Positions 27,648 to 37,848 of a DNA stretch of 64,000 nucleotides are shown in pieces. The number at the start of each line of letters is the position of its first letter. Within the stretch, counting starts at the first letter, position 1. A model generated the notes under the pieces. The model made no database searches. It saw nothing but the letters and a program-made list of their open reading frames with translations, and was not told the origin of the DNA. The translations under genes and the position numbers were made by a program. The DNA lies in NCBI GenBank assembly GCA_002773285.1, contig PFBM01000021.1, positions 14,312 to 78,311 on the forward strand, written 5' to 3'. This DNA comes from Candidatus Kaiserbacteria bacterium CG10_big_fil_rev_8_21_14_0_10_59_10 (GTDB taxonomy: Bacteria; Patescibacteriota; Minisyncoccia; Phycocordibacterales; UBA2100).

Positions 27648-28094
27648 ATGGACATGCGCGAATTCGAGCGGCTTGTGGCTGAAGGGTACGAGCGGCTTCC
27701 CGAATGGGTGAGGGAGAACATACGCAATGTGGCGCTGCTAGTGGAGGATGAACCATCGGAGGAGGATAGGGAAGCGGAAGGCCTACAGCGCGAGGAGACG
27801 CTGCTCGGGCTCTACAAGGGGGTGCCGCTTTCCGAGCGTGGAAGCGACTACGGCGTCGGTGCGACGCTTCCCGACACCATCACGCTGTACCGACACCCTA
27901 TCCTCGAGCTGGCGCATGAATCCGTTGACGAGCGCGCATCCGAAGAGGATGTGAGGGAGAAGGTGAGAGAGATCGTCGCGGACACGGTATGGCACGAATT
28001 TGCCCACCATTTCGGCATGAATGAGCAAGAAGTGCGCCAGCGCGAGGGCGAGCGGGGTATCGGGGATTACCGTGCTCAAAATGGCCGAACATGA
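27648..28094 (+). CDS. Zincin-like metallopeptidase family protein
   Basis: LLGLYKGVP, LPDTITLYR, HEFAHHFG. Confidence 0.9.
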   Translation: MDMREFERLVAEGYERLPEWVRENIRNVALLVEDEPSEEDREAEGLQREETLLGLYKGVPLSERGSDYGVGATLPDTITLYRHPILELAHESVDERASEEDVREKVREIVADTVWHEFAHHFGMNEQEVRQREGERGIGDYRAQNGRT

Positions 28095-28179
28095 CGCTCC
28101 GTTGCAGGGTGCAGCGCGGCGCTTCCTCACGTCGGCTGCAAGCCGCGCCCGGCCGTTTTTTTGGTGGTATAGTACGCGC

Positions 28180-29433
28180 ATGAAGCTGTCAGAGGTGCTG
28201 CGCGAGCGCGGGTATGTGTATCAACACTCCTCGGAAACTCTTGAGGAAATTACGGACGGCAAAAAGCGCACCGTGTACCTCGGCATAGACCCGTCCGCCG
28301 ATTCGCTCCACGTTGGGAACCTTGTGGTTCTTCTTGCACTCCGGCGTTTTCTGGAGGACGGGCATAGCGTTATTCTTCTCACCGGCGGCGGCACGGGCAT
28401 GATAGGCGATCCGGGCGGAAGAAGCGGCGAACGTGCGCTGCTTGACGAAGAAACGATAGCGCACAATAGCGCGCGTGTTCGTGCGCAAATGGAGAAAGTG
28501 TTCGGCACGGCCGATTTCAATAGCGTTAACAATGCGGATTGGCTGTATGACCTGAAGCTTCTGGACTTTCTGCGCGATGTGGGCAAGCATTTCACCGTCA
28601 ATGCGATGATTAAAAAGGAGATGGTACGCGAGCGGCTCGATGCCGAGTCGCCCATCTCGTTCACCGAGTTCTCGTACTCGCTGCTGCAGGGTTACGATTT
28701 CATGCATCTCAATGCGATGCATGGGTGCGATGTTCAGATAGGCGGCTCGGATCAGTGGGGCAATATTCTCGCCGGAGTGGAATACGTGCGCCGTGCAAGC
28801 GGCAGGACGGTATACGGTCTGACGGTTCCGCTTCTCATCAATAAGGCAACGGGAAGAAAGTTCGGCAAGAGTGAAGAGGGCGCGATATGGCTAGACTCCG
28901 CCAAGACGACGCCATTCATGCTGTACCAATTTTTTCTTAATACGGACGACGACGCCGTGGAAGAATACCTCTTGAAGCTTACGCTTCTTCCCAAAAGCGA
29001 GATAGATGAAATGATGCAAAAGCACGCTTCTGCGCCTGGTGAGAGACAGGCGCAGCGGCTCCTTGCGAACACCGTGACCGAGCTTGTCCATGGCGCGGAC
29101 GCTGCCCATTCGGCGGAAAAAATGTCGGAAACACTGTTCGGCAGATCTGATGCTGCCGCGCTCTCAAAGGATGAAGTTACGGCCTTGCTAGAGGGCGTTC
29201 CGTCGCTGCAAACACGGGTGGGGGAACCGCTCGCCGACGTGCTAGTCCAGGCGGCACTTGCCGCCTCCAAGCGCGAGGCGCGGCAGTTCATGGCCGACGG
29301 CGCCGTCGCGCTCAACGGTGCGAAGGTCACGGATCCGTCGCGGGTTCTTATGAAGGAGGACTTTCAAAATGCGCCCGTCGCCATCGTGCGGCGCGGGCGG
29401 CGGAATGCGGCCGTGCTCACGCTCGGTTCATAG
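28180..29433 (+). CDS. tyrS: Tyrosine--tRNA ligase
   Basis: YLGIDPSADSLHVGN, QIGGSDQWGNI, KFGKS; S4-like tail. Confidence 0.97.
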   Translation: MKLSEVLRERGYVYQHSSETLEEITDGKKRTVYLGIDPSADSLHVGNLVVLLALRRFLEDGHSVILLTGGGTGMIGDPGGRSGERALLDEETIAHNSARVRAQMEKVFGTADFNSVNNADWLYDLKLLDFLRDVGKHFTVNAMIKKEMVRERLDAESPISFTEFSYSLLQGYDFMHLNAMHGCDVQIGGSDQWGNILAGVEYVRRASGRTVYGLTVPLLINKATGRKFGKSEEGAIWLDSAKTTPFMLYQFFLNTDDDAVEEYLLKLTLLPKSEIDEMMQKHASAPGERQAQRLLANTVTELVHGADAAHSAEKMSETLFGRSDAAALSKDEVTALLEGVPSLQTRVGEPLADVLVQAALAASKREARQFMADGAVALNGAKVTDPSRVLMKEDFQNAPVAIVRRGRRNAAVLTLGS

Positions 29434-29456
29434 ACCTTCTGCTATCTTGTAGTGCC

Positions 29457-29585
29457 ATGAAATCAAAAGGAAGGGACCCGCGCGGCGAGTTCAGGACGGT
29501 GCATCCGCCGCGTGTCGCGCCGCGCATGGAAGGCGCGGTTAAGAATACGGGCATTAAGCCGAAGAAGAAAAGCAGGAAGGCGTAG
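29457..29585 (+). CDS. Small basic protein (42 aa; not in the ORF track)
   Basis: MKSKGRDPRGEFRTVHPPRVAPRMEGAVKNTGIKPKKKSRKA; TATCTT box upstream. Confidence 0.45.
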   Translation: MKSKGRDPRGEFRTVHPPRVAPRMEGAVKNTGIKPKKKSRKA

Positions 29586-29694
29586 GTAGGCCAGCTGGCC
29601 GGCAGCGTGTTACGGGCAACACTTCCGCATTTGCTGCGGTCGCGGGCCTCGGCGCGAGCTGCCAGTCGTAAGAAACCTGGTACAGTAGTGTGTT

Positions 29695-31710
29695 ATGCGC
29701 CAGAAATTCATGCTCCGGGCCCCATATGAGCCCGCGGGGGACCAGCCGCGCGCCATCGAGGCGCTTTTGAAGGGCCTTCACGCGGGAAAGCTGCATCAAA
29801 CGTTGCTCGGTGTCACAGGCAGCGGCAAGACGTTCACGGTAGCGAACACCATTGCGGCACATGGAAAGCCGACGCTCGTTATTGCGCACAACAAGACGCT
29901 TGCGGCGCAGCTCGCTGCGGAGTATCGAGAATTCTTTCCGGAGAATGCCGTACACTACTTCGTGTCGTACTATGATTTTTACCAGCCGGAGGCGTATGTT
30001 CCCGTCAGCGATACGTATATCGAGAAGGAAGCGCAGATCAACGAAGACATAGAGCGGCTGCGCCATGCAGCGACGCAAGCGCTCTTGACGCGACGAGACG
30101 TAATAGTCGTCGCATCCGTCTCGTGCATCTACGGGCTTGGAAGCCCTATTGAATACGAGAAAGTGAATCTTAAGCTGAGCGCAGGCGAGCCGATGACGCG
30201 CTCGGCGCTCGCAAAGCGATTGGTCGGTATGCACTTTGAGCGTACGACGGCGGATCTCTCGCCCGGCACGTTCCGCGCACTCGGTGCGACAGTTGAGATC
30301 ATGCCTGCCAATGAGCGCACTATCTATCGCGTGGATACGGCGGGAGGGGCCATCGCGCGGATCGAGGAACTGGACCCTGTTTCGCGCGTGATACGCGGCT
30401 CGCCAGAGGCCGTATTCGTCTTCCCTGCACGCCACTACGTCACACCTAAGGAAACTATCGATGCTGCGCTTGCGGACATCGAGGCGGAACTCGAGCTTCA
30501 GCTAAAACGTTTCGCGGACAGTGGGAAGATACTTGAGGCGGAGCGCCTGAAACGCCGTACGCGGCAAGACATCGCAATGATACGAGAATTCGGGTATTGC
30601 AACGGCATCGAGAATTACTCGCGGCACTTCGACAGGCGCAAGCCGGGCGAGCCGCCTCACACGCTGCTCACGTATTTCCCTCATGCGGATGACGGTACGC
30701 CGGAGTTCGTTACCGTTATTGACGAATCCCATGTGACCGTGCCGCAGATCGGGGCGATGTACGCGGGTGATCGCTCGCGGAAGGAGACGCTTATCGAGCA
30801 CGGTTTTCGCCTCCCCAGCGCGGTCGATAATCGCCCCCTTACGTTCGAGGAGTTTAACGAGCGGGTGGGGCAGGTCATATACACGTCCGCGACACCGGCG
30901 CCGTACGAGCTCGGCCTCTCGGGCACGCCCGTGCAGCAGATAATCCGTCCGACGGGGCTTGTCGACCCTGAAATAGACGTGCGGCCGATCATTGCGCGGG
31001 GCGCGTATGCGGGCCAGGTCAAGGATTTTATCGACGAGGCTGCGACGGTGACTGCGCGCGGCGCGCGCTCCCTCGTGACGGTGCTCACCAAGAAAATGGC
31101 CGAAGACCTCTCGCAGTTTCTCGTCGAGCGTGGCATACGCGCACGCTACATACACAGCGATATTAAGACCATTGAGCGTATAGAGATACTGACTGATTTT
31201 CGAAAGGGCGAATTCGACGTTCTGGTTGGCGTGAACCTGCTTCGTGAGGGGCTCGATCTGCCGGAAGTTGAATTGGTGGGGATACTGGATGCGGATAAAG
31301 AAGGATTCCTGCGCTCTGAGACATCGCTCATACAAACGATCGGTCGCGCAGCCCGCAATGTACGTGGGCGTGTCATTCTCTATGCTGAGAACGTGACTGG
31401 ATCCATGGAACGAGCTATTGGGGAAACGAACAGGCGCCGCGCGCTTCAAAGAGCGTACAATGAGAAGCATGGCATTACGCCAAAAACGGTCGAGAAGCGC
31501 ATACGGAACATCATGGGAGACATTACGCGCGTGCGCGAGCGAGCGATACGGCGGCTTGCCGAGGACGACGTTGCCGCCTTCGGCGGGGATGTGAAAAAGG
31601 CCGTGGCGGAGAAGCGGCGCCAGATGCACGAGGCCGCAGACCGGCTTGATTTCGAGACGGCGGCCCTGCTGCGCGATGAGATACGGCAGCTTGAGTCCGC
31701 CAAAAAGTAG
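29695..31710 (+). CDS. uvrB: Excinuclease ABC subunit B
   Basis: GVTGSGKT, YYDFYQPEAY, DESH, NLLREGLDLPEV; C-terminal UVR. Confidence 0.98.
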   Translation: MRQKFMLRAPYEPAGDQPRAIEALLKGLHAGKLHQTLLGVTGSGKTFTVANTIAAHGKPTLVIAHNKTLAAQLAAEYREFFPENAVHYFVSYYDFYQPEAYVPVSDTYIEKEAQINEDIERLRHAATQALLTRRDVIVVASVSCIYGLGSPIEYEKVNLKLSAGEPMTRSALAKRLVGMHFERTTADLSPGTFRALGATVEIMPANERTIYRVDTAGGAIARIEELDPVSRVIRGSPEAVFVFPARHYVTPKETIDAALADIEAELELQLKRFADSGKILEAERLKRRTRQDIAMIREFGYCNGIENYSRHFDRRKPGEPPHTLLTYFPHADDGTPEFVTVIDESHVTVPQIGAMYAGDRSRKETLIEHGFRLPSAVDNRPLTFEEFNERVGQVIYTSATPAPYELGLSGTPVQQIIRPTGLVDPEIDVRPIIARGAYAGQVKDFIDEAATVTARGARSLVTVLTKKMAEDLSQFLVERGIRARYIHSDIKTIERIEILTDFRKGEFDVLVGVNLLREGLDLPEVELVGILDADKEGFLRSETSLIQTIGRAARNVRGRVILYAENVTGSMERAIGETNRRRALQRAYNEKHGITPKTVEKRIRNIMGDITRVRERAIRRLAEDDVAAFGGDVKKAVAEKRRQMHEAADRLDFETAALLRDEIRQLESAKK

Positions 31711-31711
31711 T

Positions 31712-32656
31712 ATGCTCGACGTTCGTGAACAGGTTCCGCTTGCTCCGCTGACAACGTTCGGCATCGGCGGCCCCGCACGGTATTTTGTCGACGTCACGTC
31801 TGAGAAAGAGATAATGCAGGCGCTGCACTGGGCAACGCGCAAAAATGTCCGCGCGGTGCTCTTGGCGGGCGGGAGTAATGTCTTGGTACCGGATGAAGGG
31901 CTTGAGGCGCTCGTGATACGCATCGCACAGAGTGCGTACGATATCAGCGGGGCAACGCTTATCGCGGACGCGGGATGCAACTTGTGCGAGCTCATTGGAA
32001 AGACCGCGGCGGCGGGACTCGGCGGGTGGGAGAGACTCGCCGGCATACCCGGTACTATCGGCGGCGCTGTACGCGGGAATGCCGGTGCCTTCGGCACCGA
32101 AATGAGAGATATCGTGGTGTGGGTACGGGCCGTAGATATGGAGAGCGGAGAGGTGCGCGAATACACGAATGAGGAGTGCCACTTTTCGTATCGTATGAGC
32201 TATTTCAAACGAAATCCTGCATTGTTCGTTACCAAAGTGTGCGTGGCGCTGGAAGAAGTGCCTCCTGTTGAGGCACAACGGATAATAGAAGAGACCGTCG
32301 CAGAGAGAGAGCGTCGGCACATACAAGATGTGCGCGCAGCCGGTTCGTACTTCATGAATCCTGTAGCGCCGAAAGCGATACAGTCTCGTTTTGAAAAAGA
32401 GAAGGGCGTTGCTGCTCGCGGAGGGCGCGTGCCCGCCGGCTGGCTCATAGAAAAGGCGGGCCTAAAAGGAGCGCGCGTTGGCGGAGCGCAGGCAAGCGAG
32501 CAGCATCCAAACTATCTTGTCAACACGGGTACTGCGACAGCCGCGGACGTACGCGCTTTGGCGGAGCGTATACGCGAGGCGGTGCAGGACGCCTTTGGCG
32601 TCGAGCTGCAAGAGGAAGCCGTCGTGCTCGGGAGGGATGGGCGCACCGTCCGCTAG
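31712..32656 (+). CDS. murB: UDP-N-acetylenolpyruvoylglucosamine reductase
   Basis: GIGGPA, GGSNVL, GIPGTIGGAVRGNAGAFG, AGSYFMNP, HPNYLVN. Confidence 0.96.
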   Translation: MLDVREQVPLAPLTTFGIGGPARYFVDVTSEKEIMQALHWATRKNVRAVLLAGGSNVLVPDEGLEALVIRIAQSAYDISGATLIADAGCNLCELIGKTAAAGLGGWERLAGIPGTIGGAVRGNAGAFGTEMRDIVVWVRAVDMESGEVREYTNEECHFSYRMSYFKRNPALFVTKVCVALEEVPPVEAQRIIEETVAERERRHIQDVRAAGSYFMNPVAPKAIQSRFEKEKGVAARGGRVPAGWLIEKAGLKGARVGGAQASEQHPNYLVNTGTATAADVRALAERIREAVQDAFGVELQEEAVVLGRDGRTVR

Positions 32657-32835
32657 CCGGGTTTTTTGGTGTCGAATACCCACACTAATACGAGTATCCA
32701 GCCCACGACCGTCCAACCGATCATAAAGTTAGTGAAAAATATCGCGCGGGGATTAACATGCCGCAGAATATAGGCGAGGAACGTCGGAAAGAAGTAGACG
32801 TACAGAAAGCCGAGTATAACTACGAATTCGGTCAT
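32653..32835 (-). CDS. Superinfection-immunity (T4 Imm-like) membrane protein, copy 2
   Basis: YFFPTFLA..RH.N...IFFTNFMIGWTVVGW. Confidence 0.8.
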   Translation of the reverse strand: MTEFVVILGFLYVYFFPTFLAYILRHVNPRAIFFTNFMIGWTVVGWILVLVWVFDTKKPG

Positions 32836-32906
32836 GCGATGATGGCCGAGTATACCCGACTTCATCCACTGGACAAAATTACGCACTCGCGGGGTCGGAG
32901 CCGTCT

Positions 32907-33131
32907 TTACACGCTCTTCTTTGCCGCCTCACCCGTCGAGTGTCCCCGTCCCTCGCCGCGCGGCGTGTCTAGCGCCCAGATGAGTGACAGGAACCAGCCG
33001 ACCACGCTCCACGCGAGCAGCAGGTTGACGAAGAATACGCCCCCGGGATTCGCGTGGCGAAGATAGACGGCAAGGATGGTCGGAAAAAAGTATACATAGA
33101 CGACCGCGATCGCAATAAGGAGTTCTCTCAT
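32907..33131 (-). CDS. Superinfection-immunity (T4 Imm-like) membrane protein, copy 1
   Basis: YFFPTILA..RH.N...VFFVNLLLAWSVVGWFLSLIWAL. Confidence 0.8.
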   Translation of the reverse strand: MRELLIAIAVVYVYFFPTILAVYLRHANPGGVFFVNLLLAWSVVGWFLSLIWALDTPRGEGRGHSTGEAAKKSV

Positions 33132-33279
33132 AGGGTTCAGCGGCAGTCTTTACCGCGCAATGTGCTATAGTGCCCGTGCCTTGCCCTAGGGACAGCCCTC
33201 GGGGCACACTGGATTGTTATGCCAGTGTGCTTGTGCATGCATGAATGGCTGGTGAAGGCGCGGGCGGGCAAACAGAGCT

Positions 33280-35874
33280 ATGCAGGACAAAATAACCATA
33301 AAAGGCGCGCGTACGCACAACCTCAAAAACATTACGGTTGAGATGCCGCGCAACAAGATGATCGTATTCACCGGTCTGTCGGGCTCGGGTAAGTCGTCGC
33401 TCGCATTCGATACGATATTCGCCGAGGGACAGCGCAAGTATGTGGAGTCGCTGTCGGCCTATGCGCGTCAATTCTTGCGCCAGATGCAGAAACCGGACGT
33501 CGATGAGATATCTGGTCTTTCACCGGCAATATCGATCGATCAAAAAAGCCGCTCGAATAATCCTCGCTCGACAGTGGCAACTATCACGGAAGTATATGAT
33601 TACCTGCGCGTACTCTACGCGAGGATCGGGCACCCGCACTGTCCCGTTTGCAGCAGGGAAGTGAAGAAGTTGACCAATGAGGAGATACTGGACGCGGTAC
33701 TGAAAAGCGTAACAGCATCGTCGCGCACAGCTCGCGCAGGGCGTGCCCTCACTGCAGGCGTGTCAACCGCGACCATACGCATCGCGGCGCCTGTCGTCGT
33801 CGGCAGAAAGGGCGAATACTATCAACTGCTGTACGATCTTTTGAACAAAGGGTATGAGCGCGCGGTGATCGATGGCGCAGAAAAAAGCCTGCGCCAGCGC
33901 ATAGTGCTCGAGAAAAACAAGAAGCACGACATCGATATCGTCGTGGACGATATATTCGTAAGCGAGTTCGCCGACGATAAAAAAGCGGCTCTTGAGCGGG
34001 CGTCGGAAGCTATCGAACGCGCGCTGCACGAGGCGGACGGTTTGGTACGCATCACGGAGCCGAACGGGGAAGCCCGCATTATATCCGCCAAGTTCATGTG
34101 TCCGTACGACGGGTTCTCATTTCCAGAGGTGGAACCGCGTCTATTTTCCTTTAACTCCCCGTACGGTGCGTGCCCTGAGTGCAACGGGCTAGGGACAAAG
34201 CATCTTTTTGGCAACGAGGAGTGCGAAGCGTGCAAAGGTGCGCGCCTGCGGCCGGAGGCGCTGCACGTCATGCTCGAGAGCGGCGGAAAGGGCGCCGCGC
34301 GAAGAAATATCGTCGAGATAGCCGGGATGTCTATCGCTGAGGCAGCAGATTTCTTCTCAGGGCTGAAGCTGTCAAAAAGCGAACAGGAGATATCGCGCAC
34401 CGTTATCAAAGAGATTTCGAGCCGGCTGCAGTTTATGATAAATGTCGGTATCGAGTACCTGACGCTGGATCGGCGCGCCAATACGCTCTCCGGAGGAGAA
34501 GCGCAGCGCATACGGCTGGCATCGCAGCTTGGCAGCGGACTTGTTGGTGCGCTCTATGTGCTGGACGAACCCACAATAGGCCTCCATCAGCGCGATAATG
34601 ACCGACTTATCCGCACGCTGCAACACTTGCGGGAGCTCGGAAATACCGTGCTTGTGGTCGAACATGATGAGGACACCATTTATGCGGCGGACTATATTAT
34701 CGACCTTGGACCGGGAGCCGGCGTGCACGGCGGGGAGATAGTGGCCGCAGGGTACGTGGAGGATTTGATAGGGGCGAAGTCAAACCCTTCCGGCTCCCGC
34801 ACGCTCGCATATCTGCGCGGGGAGGATGAGATTGAGATACCGTCAAAGCGCCGGGACGAGAATCGAGGCACGTTAAAGGTGCGCGGCGCAACAAAGTTCA
34901 ATGTAAAGAAGGTCAATGCGGACATTCCTCTTGGGAAGTTCGTCGTTATTTCGGGCGTTTCCGGAAGCGGCAAATCGACCTTCTTGTACGAGATACTGCA
35001 CAGGAACCTGCGTGCGCGCTTTGATCCGCGCTACCGAACCGCTACGAAGTATAATGTTGATGATTTTAGCGGCACAGAGTACGTGGGGCGCGCGATACTG
35101 ATAGACCAGAGCCCTATCGGAAGAACGCCGCGCTCCAATCCGGCTACCTATACTGGTGCATTCACGCACATCAGGGATCTTTTTGCCATGACGGAAGAGG
35201 CGCGGACGCGTGGCTGGGGGCCGGGGCGCTTTTCATTCAACGTCAAAGGTGGGCGCTGTGAAGCATGCCAGGGGAACGGCTTGATCGCAGTTGAAATGCA
35301 CTTTCTTCCTACTGTGTATGTCACGTGCGATATCTGCCGAGGCAAGCGGTACATGAAAGAAACACTCGAGGTGAAATATAAAAAGAAGAGCATACACGAT
35401 GTGCTCTCCATGACAGTCGAGGAAGCGTTACTCTTTTTCGAGGACATACCTGCCGTATCCGATCGCCTGCGTACGCTCATGGACGTGGGGCTTGGGTATC
35501 TGGAGCTCGGGCAGAGTGCGACGACGCTCTCAGGCGGCGAGGCGCAGCGCGTCAAGATAGCGTCAGAGCTGTACCGGCCACATCTTACGAAAACGGTGTA
35601 TCTCTTGGACGAGCCGACGGTCGGCCTGCATTTCGACGACGTTAAGAAGCTTATCGAAATACTGCAGCGTTTGGTTGACCGCGGCAACACCGTCGTTGTC
35701 ATCGAGCACAACTTGGATGTTCTTAAGTCCGCGGATTACATTCTCGACATGGGGCCTGAAGGCGGCGCGGGAGGCGGAAAGATCGTCGCTCGGGGCACTC
35801 CTGAACAAGTCGCCGCAAGCGAGGGTTCGCACACTGCGCCGTACTTGAGACGTGCCTTAAAGCGCAAGCGCTAG
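33280..35874 (+). CDS. uvrA: Excinuclease ABC subunit A (insertion domain deleted)
   Basis: [23 protein letters not shown], two [17 protein letters not shown]. Confidence 0.98.
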   Translation: MQDKITIKGARTHNLKNITVEMPRNKMIVFTGLSGSGKSSLAFDTIFAEGQRKYVESLSAYARQFLRQMQKPDVDEISGLSPAISIDQKSRSNNPRSTVATITEVYDYLRVLYARIGHPHCPVCSREVKKLTNEEILDAVLKSVTASSRTARAGRALTAGVSTATIRIAAPVVVGRKGEYYQLLYDLLNKGYERAVIDGAEKSLRQRIVLEKNKKHDIDIVVDDIFVSEFADDKKAALERASEAIERALHEADGLVRITEPNGEARIISAKFMCPYDGFSFPEVEPRLFSFNSPYGACPECNGLGTKHLFGNEECEACKGARLRPEALHVMLESGGKGAARRNIVEIAGMSIAEAADFFSGLKLSKSEQEISRTVIKEISSRLQFMINVGIEYLTLDRRANTLSGGEAQRIRLASQLGSGLVGALYVLDEPTIGLHQRDNDRLIRTLQHLRELGNTVLVVEHDEDTIYAADYIIDLGPGAGVHGGEIVAAGYVEDLIGAKSNPSGSRTLAYLRGEDEIEIPSKRRDENRGTLKVRGATKFNVKKVNADIPLGKFVVISGVSGSGKSTFLYEILHRNLRARFDPRYRTATKYNVDDFSGTEYVGRAILIDQSPIGRTPRSNPATYTGAFTHIRDLFAMTEEARTRGWGPGRFSFNVKGGRCEACQGNGLIAVEMHFLPTVYVTCDICRGKRYMKETLEVKYKKKSIHDVLSMTVEEALLFFEDIPAVSDRLRTLMDVGLGYLELGQSATTLSGGEAQRVKIASELYRPHLTKTVYLLDEPTVGLHFDDVKKLIEILQRLVDRGNTVVVIEHNLDVLKSADYILDMGPEGGAGGGKIVARGTPEQVAASEGSHTAPYLRRALKRKR

Positions 35875-35883
35875 CGGCAGCAT

Positions 35884-37212
35884 ATGGAACGAAAAGCATT
35901 GCGCACGCTTTCTCTGCCCGATGCCCCCGGCGTCTACTTTTTTCGCGGTCCAAGGCGCTCGATACTCTATATCGGGAAAGCGGCTTCTCTATCCGACAGG
36001 GTACGGAGCTATTTCTCGGGCGATCTCGCGGCGTCTCGCTCACCCGCCATCGCGGGCATGGTCGCGCGCGCAAAAGACATCACATGGGAAGAGACGGATT
36101 CGGTGCTCGAGGCACTCATTCTGGAGGCGAACTACATTAAAAAGTATCAGCCCCCGTACAACGTTGAGCAGAAGGACAACAAGAGCTGGAATTACCTCTG
36201 CGTAACGCGCGAGAAGTTCCCGCAGGTGTTGGTGGTGCGCGGAAGAGAGCTGTTCGGGACGCAAGGAACGCGCAGGGATATGAAGGCGATATTCGGTCCA
36301 TACCCGCACGGCGGCTCACTGCGCGAAGCACTGAGAATAGTGCGCAAGATCTTTCCGTTCAGAGATGCATCGTGCACGCCATGCGACGAACAGATGTTGG
36401 CAATGCATACACGGCGCCCCAGCAAGCGCAAAACTCTTCCCACAAAGGTTAAACCTTTGGCAAAGGTTAAACCTTTGGGAGGGCGGGCGGATGAATGTAG
36501 ACCCTGCTTTAATAGACACATCGGGCTGTGCCCCGGCGTGTGCACGGGGGAAGTGACTGCGGCAGAATATGCCGGCACCATAAAGAATATTCGCGAGCTC
36601 TTTGCTGGCAAGAAGCGCTCGCTTGTGCGGCGCCTGCAACGGGAAATGCGTGCGGCGGCAAAGAGCGAGGACTACGAGCATGCGGCAACCTTGCGCACAC
36701 AAGTAGAGGCGCTGGAGCACATTCGCGACGTGTCGCTGATCAAAAACGACGCAGGCATTTCAACAGGAGGATCTTTCCGCGTGGAAGCGTACGATGTCGC
36801 TCACACGAGCGGCGCGGAGACCGTAGGTGTTATGACTGTCGTCTCCGGCGGCGAGGCCATGAAAAGCGCCTACAGAATGTTTAAGGTTCGCGGCGTCAAG
36901 AACGACGATGCGGCCGCACTGCGGGAAATATTATCAAGGCGGCTCGTCCACACGGAGTGGCAGCTTCCGCGCGTCGTTGTCGTAGACGGCGGCAAGGCGC
37001 AGCTACGCTCTGCCGAGCGGCTCTTTCGCGAGGTCGGCGTATCAATTCCCGTTGTAGCGGTCGTAAAGGATGAGCGCCACAGGCAATCGCGCATTATTGG
37101 TGATGAGGGTGCGATACGCGCCTCGGAGCGTGATATTCTGCTGGCAAACCGGGAGGCGCATCGCTTCGCGCTTTCGTACCATCGAAAAAGGCGCGCGCAC
37201 CAAGGTAGATGA
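35884..37212 (+). CDS. uvrC: Excinuclease ABC subunit C-like (GIY-YIG, UVR, RNase H; no HhH)
   Basis: PGVYFF..LYIGKA, EALILEA, CPGVC, EAYDVAH, VVDGGKAQ, EAHRFA. Confidence 0.9.
   Translation: MERKALRTLSLPDAPGVYFFRGPRRSILYIGKAASLSDRVRSYFSGDLAASRSPAIAGMVARAKDITWEETDSVLEALILEANYIKKYQPPYNVEQKDNKSWNYLCVTREKFPQVLVVRGRELFGTQGTRRDMKAIFGPYPHGGSLREALRIVRKIFPFRDASCTPCDEQMLAMHTRRPSKRKTLPTKVKPLAKVKPLGGRADECRPCFNRHIGLCPGVCTGEVTAAEYAGTIKNIRELFAGKKRSLVRRLQREMRAAAKSEDYEHAATLRTQVEALEHIRDVSLIKNDAGISTGGSFRVEAYDVAHTSGAETVGVMTVVSGGEAMKSAYRMFKVRGVKNDDAAALREILSRRLVHTEWQLPRVVVVDGGKAQLRSAERLFREVGVSIPVVAVVKDERHRQSRIIGDEGAIRASERDILLANREAHRFALSYHRKRRAHQGR
36443..36478. repeat. Tandem 18-bp palindromic repeat, in frame in uvrC
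   Basis: (CAAAGGTTAAACCTTTGG)x2 encoding KVKPL twice. Confidence 0.9.
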
Positions 37213-37264
37213 TTTTGCAGGCACGTATTGTATCCATCGGCCGTGGGGTTGCTATACTGTATCT

Positions 37265-37720
37265 ATGCCTGAAGGTCCGGAGAAGGGCAATATCATCAAA
37301 TTTCCTCGGAAGCGCAAGGAGAACGCCACACCTGCGTCGGAGGGTGACGCGTTGGGTACCGTGGGCGAGGATGCGCCTCGCCTCTCTAGAGACGAGGCGC
37401 GTGACATGGCAAGGAGCATAGCAAAACAACTCAGCAGTGATAAGACGGCACTTTTGGATGCGGAAAAGGAATGGCGTGAGAGGAATTGGGGACAGATTGA
37501 CGCCACGGAAGAAACTCAGGCACAGTGGTTGGAGAAATGGAGAAAGGAGTCACGGGCAGCTTCCGAACCGATATTCCTGGAGTTGTTCGAACGATATACG
37601 AAGGACGCCTCTTACTATCCACCACTGAAAATTCTGGCATACGCGTCGGAGTACCTCCGTCGCTTTGGTGAACGGTCTGATCTGGCGCTTTCAGAAGATG
37701 AGGACGACTGGGGGTTGTAG
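37265..37720 (+). CDS. Hypothetical protein
   Basis: 151-aa ORF, ATG 6 nt after TATACT; locally lower GC. Confidence 0.7.
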   Translation: MPEGPEKGNIIKFPRKRKENATPASEGDALGTVGEDAPRLSRDEARDMARSIAKQLSSDKTALLDAEKEWRERNWGQIDATEETQAQWLEKWRKESRAASEPIFLELFERYTKDASYYPPLKILAYASEYLRRFGERSDLALSEDEDDWGL

Positions 37721-37848
37721 GTATCGCGTTCTTACGCATCCCAACGCACTAGAACTAACGCCGCGCTCGCGAGCGCAGTATGAGGGGCACTGCGTGCGGA
37801 TGTGCACATCACGGCGCTCGGTGAGATTTGTGCTGCTATACTTTGCGC

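Noticed and set aside
30502-32166. 554-aa minus-strand ORF and other long antisense ORFs (9988..11073, 58280..59548, 26021..26917)
   Set aside because: Shadow ORFs opposite well-supported genes in high-GC DNA; no motifs
36443-36478. Direct repeat as a possible CRISPR array
   Set aside because: Two adjacent 18-bp units with no spacers, inside a CDS; no cas operon, and the Cas4-like gene is solo
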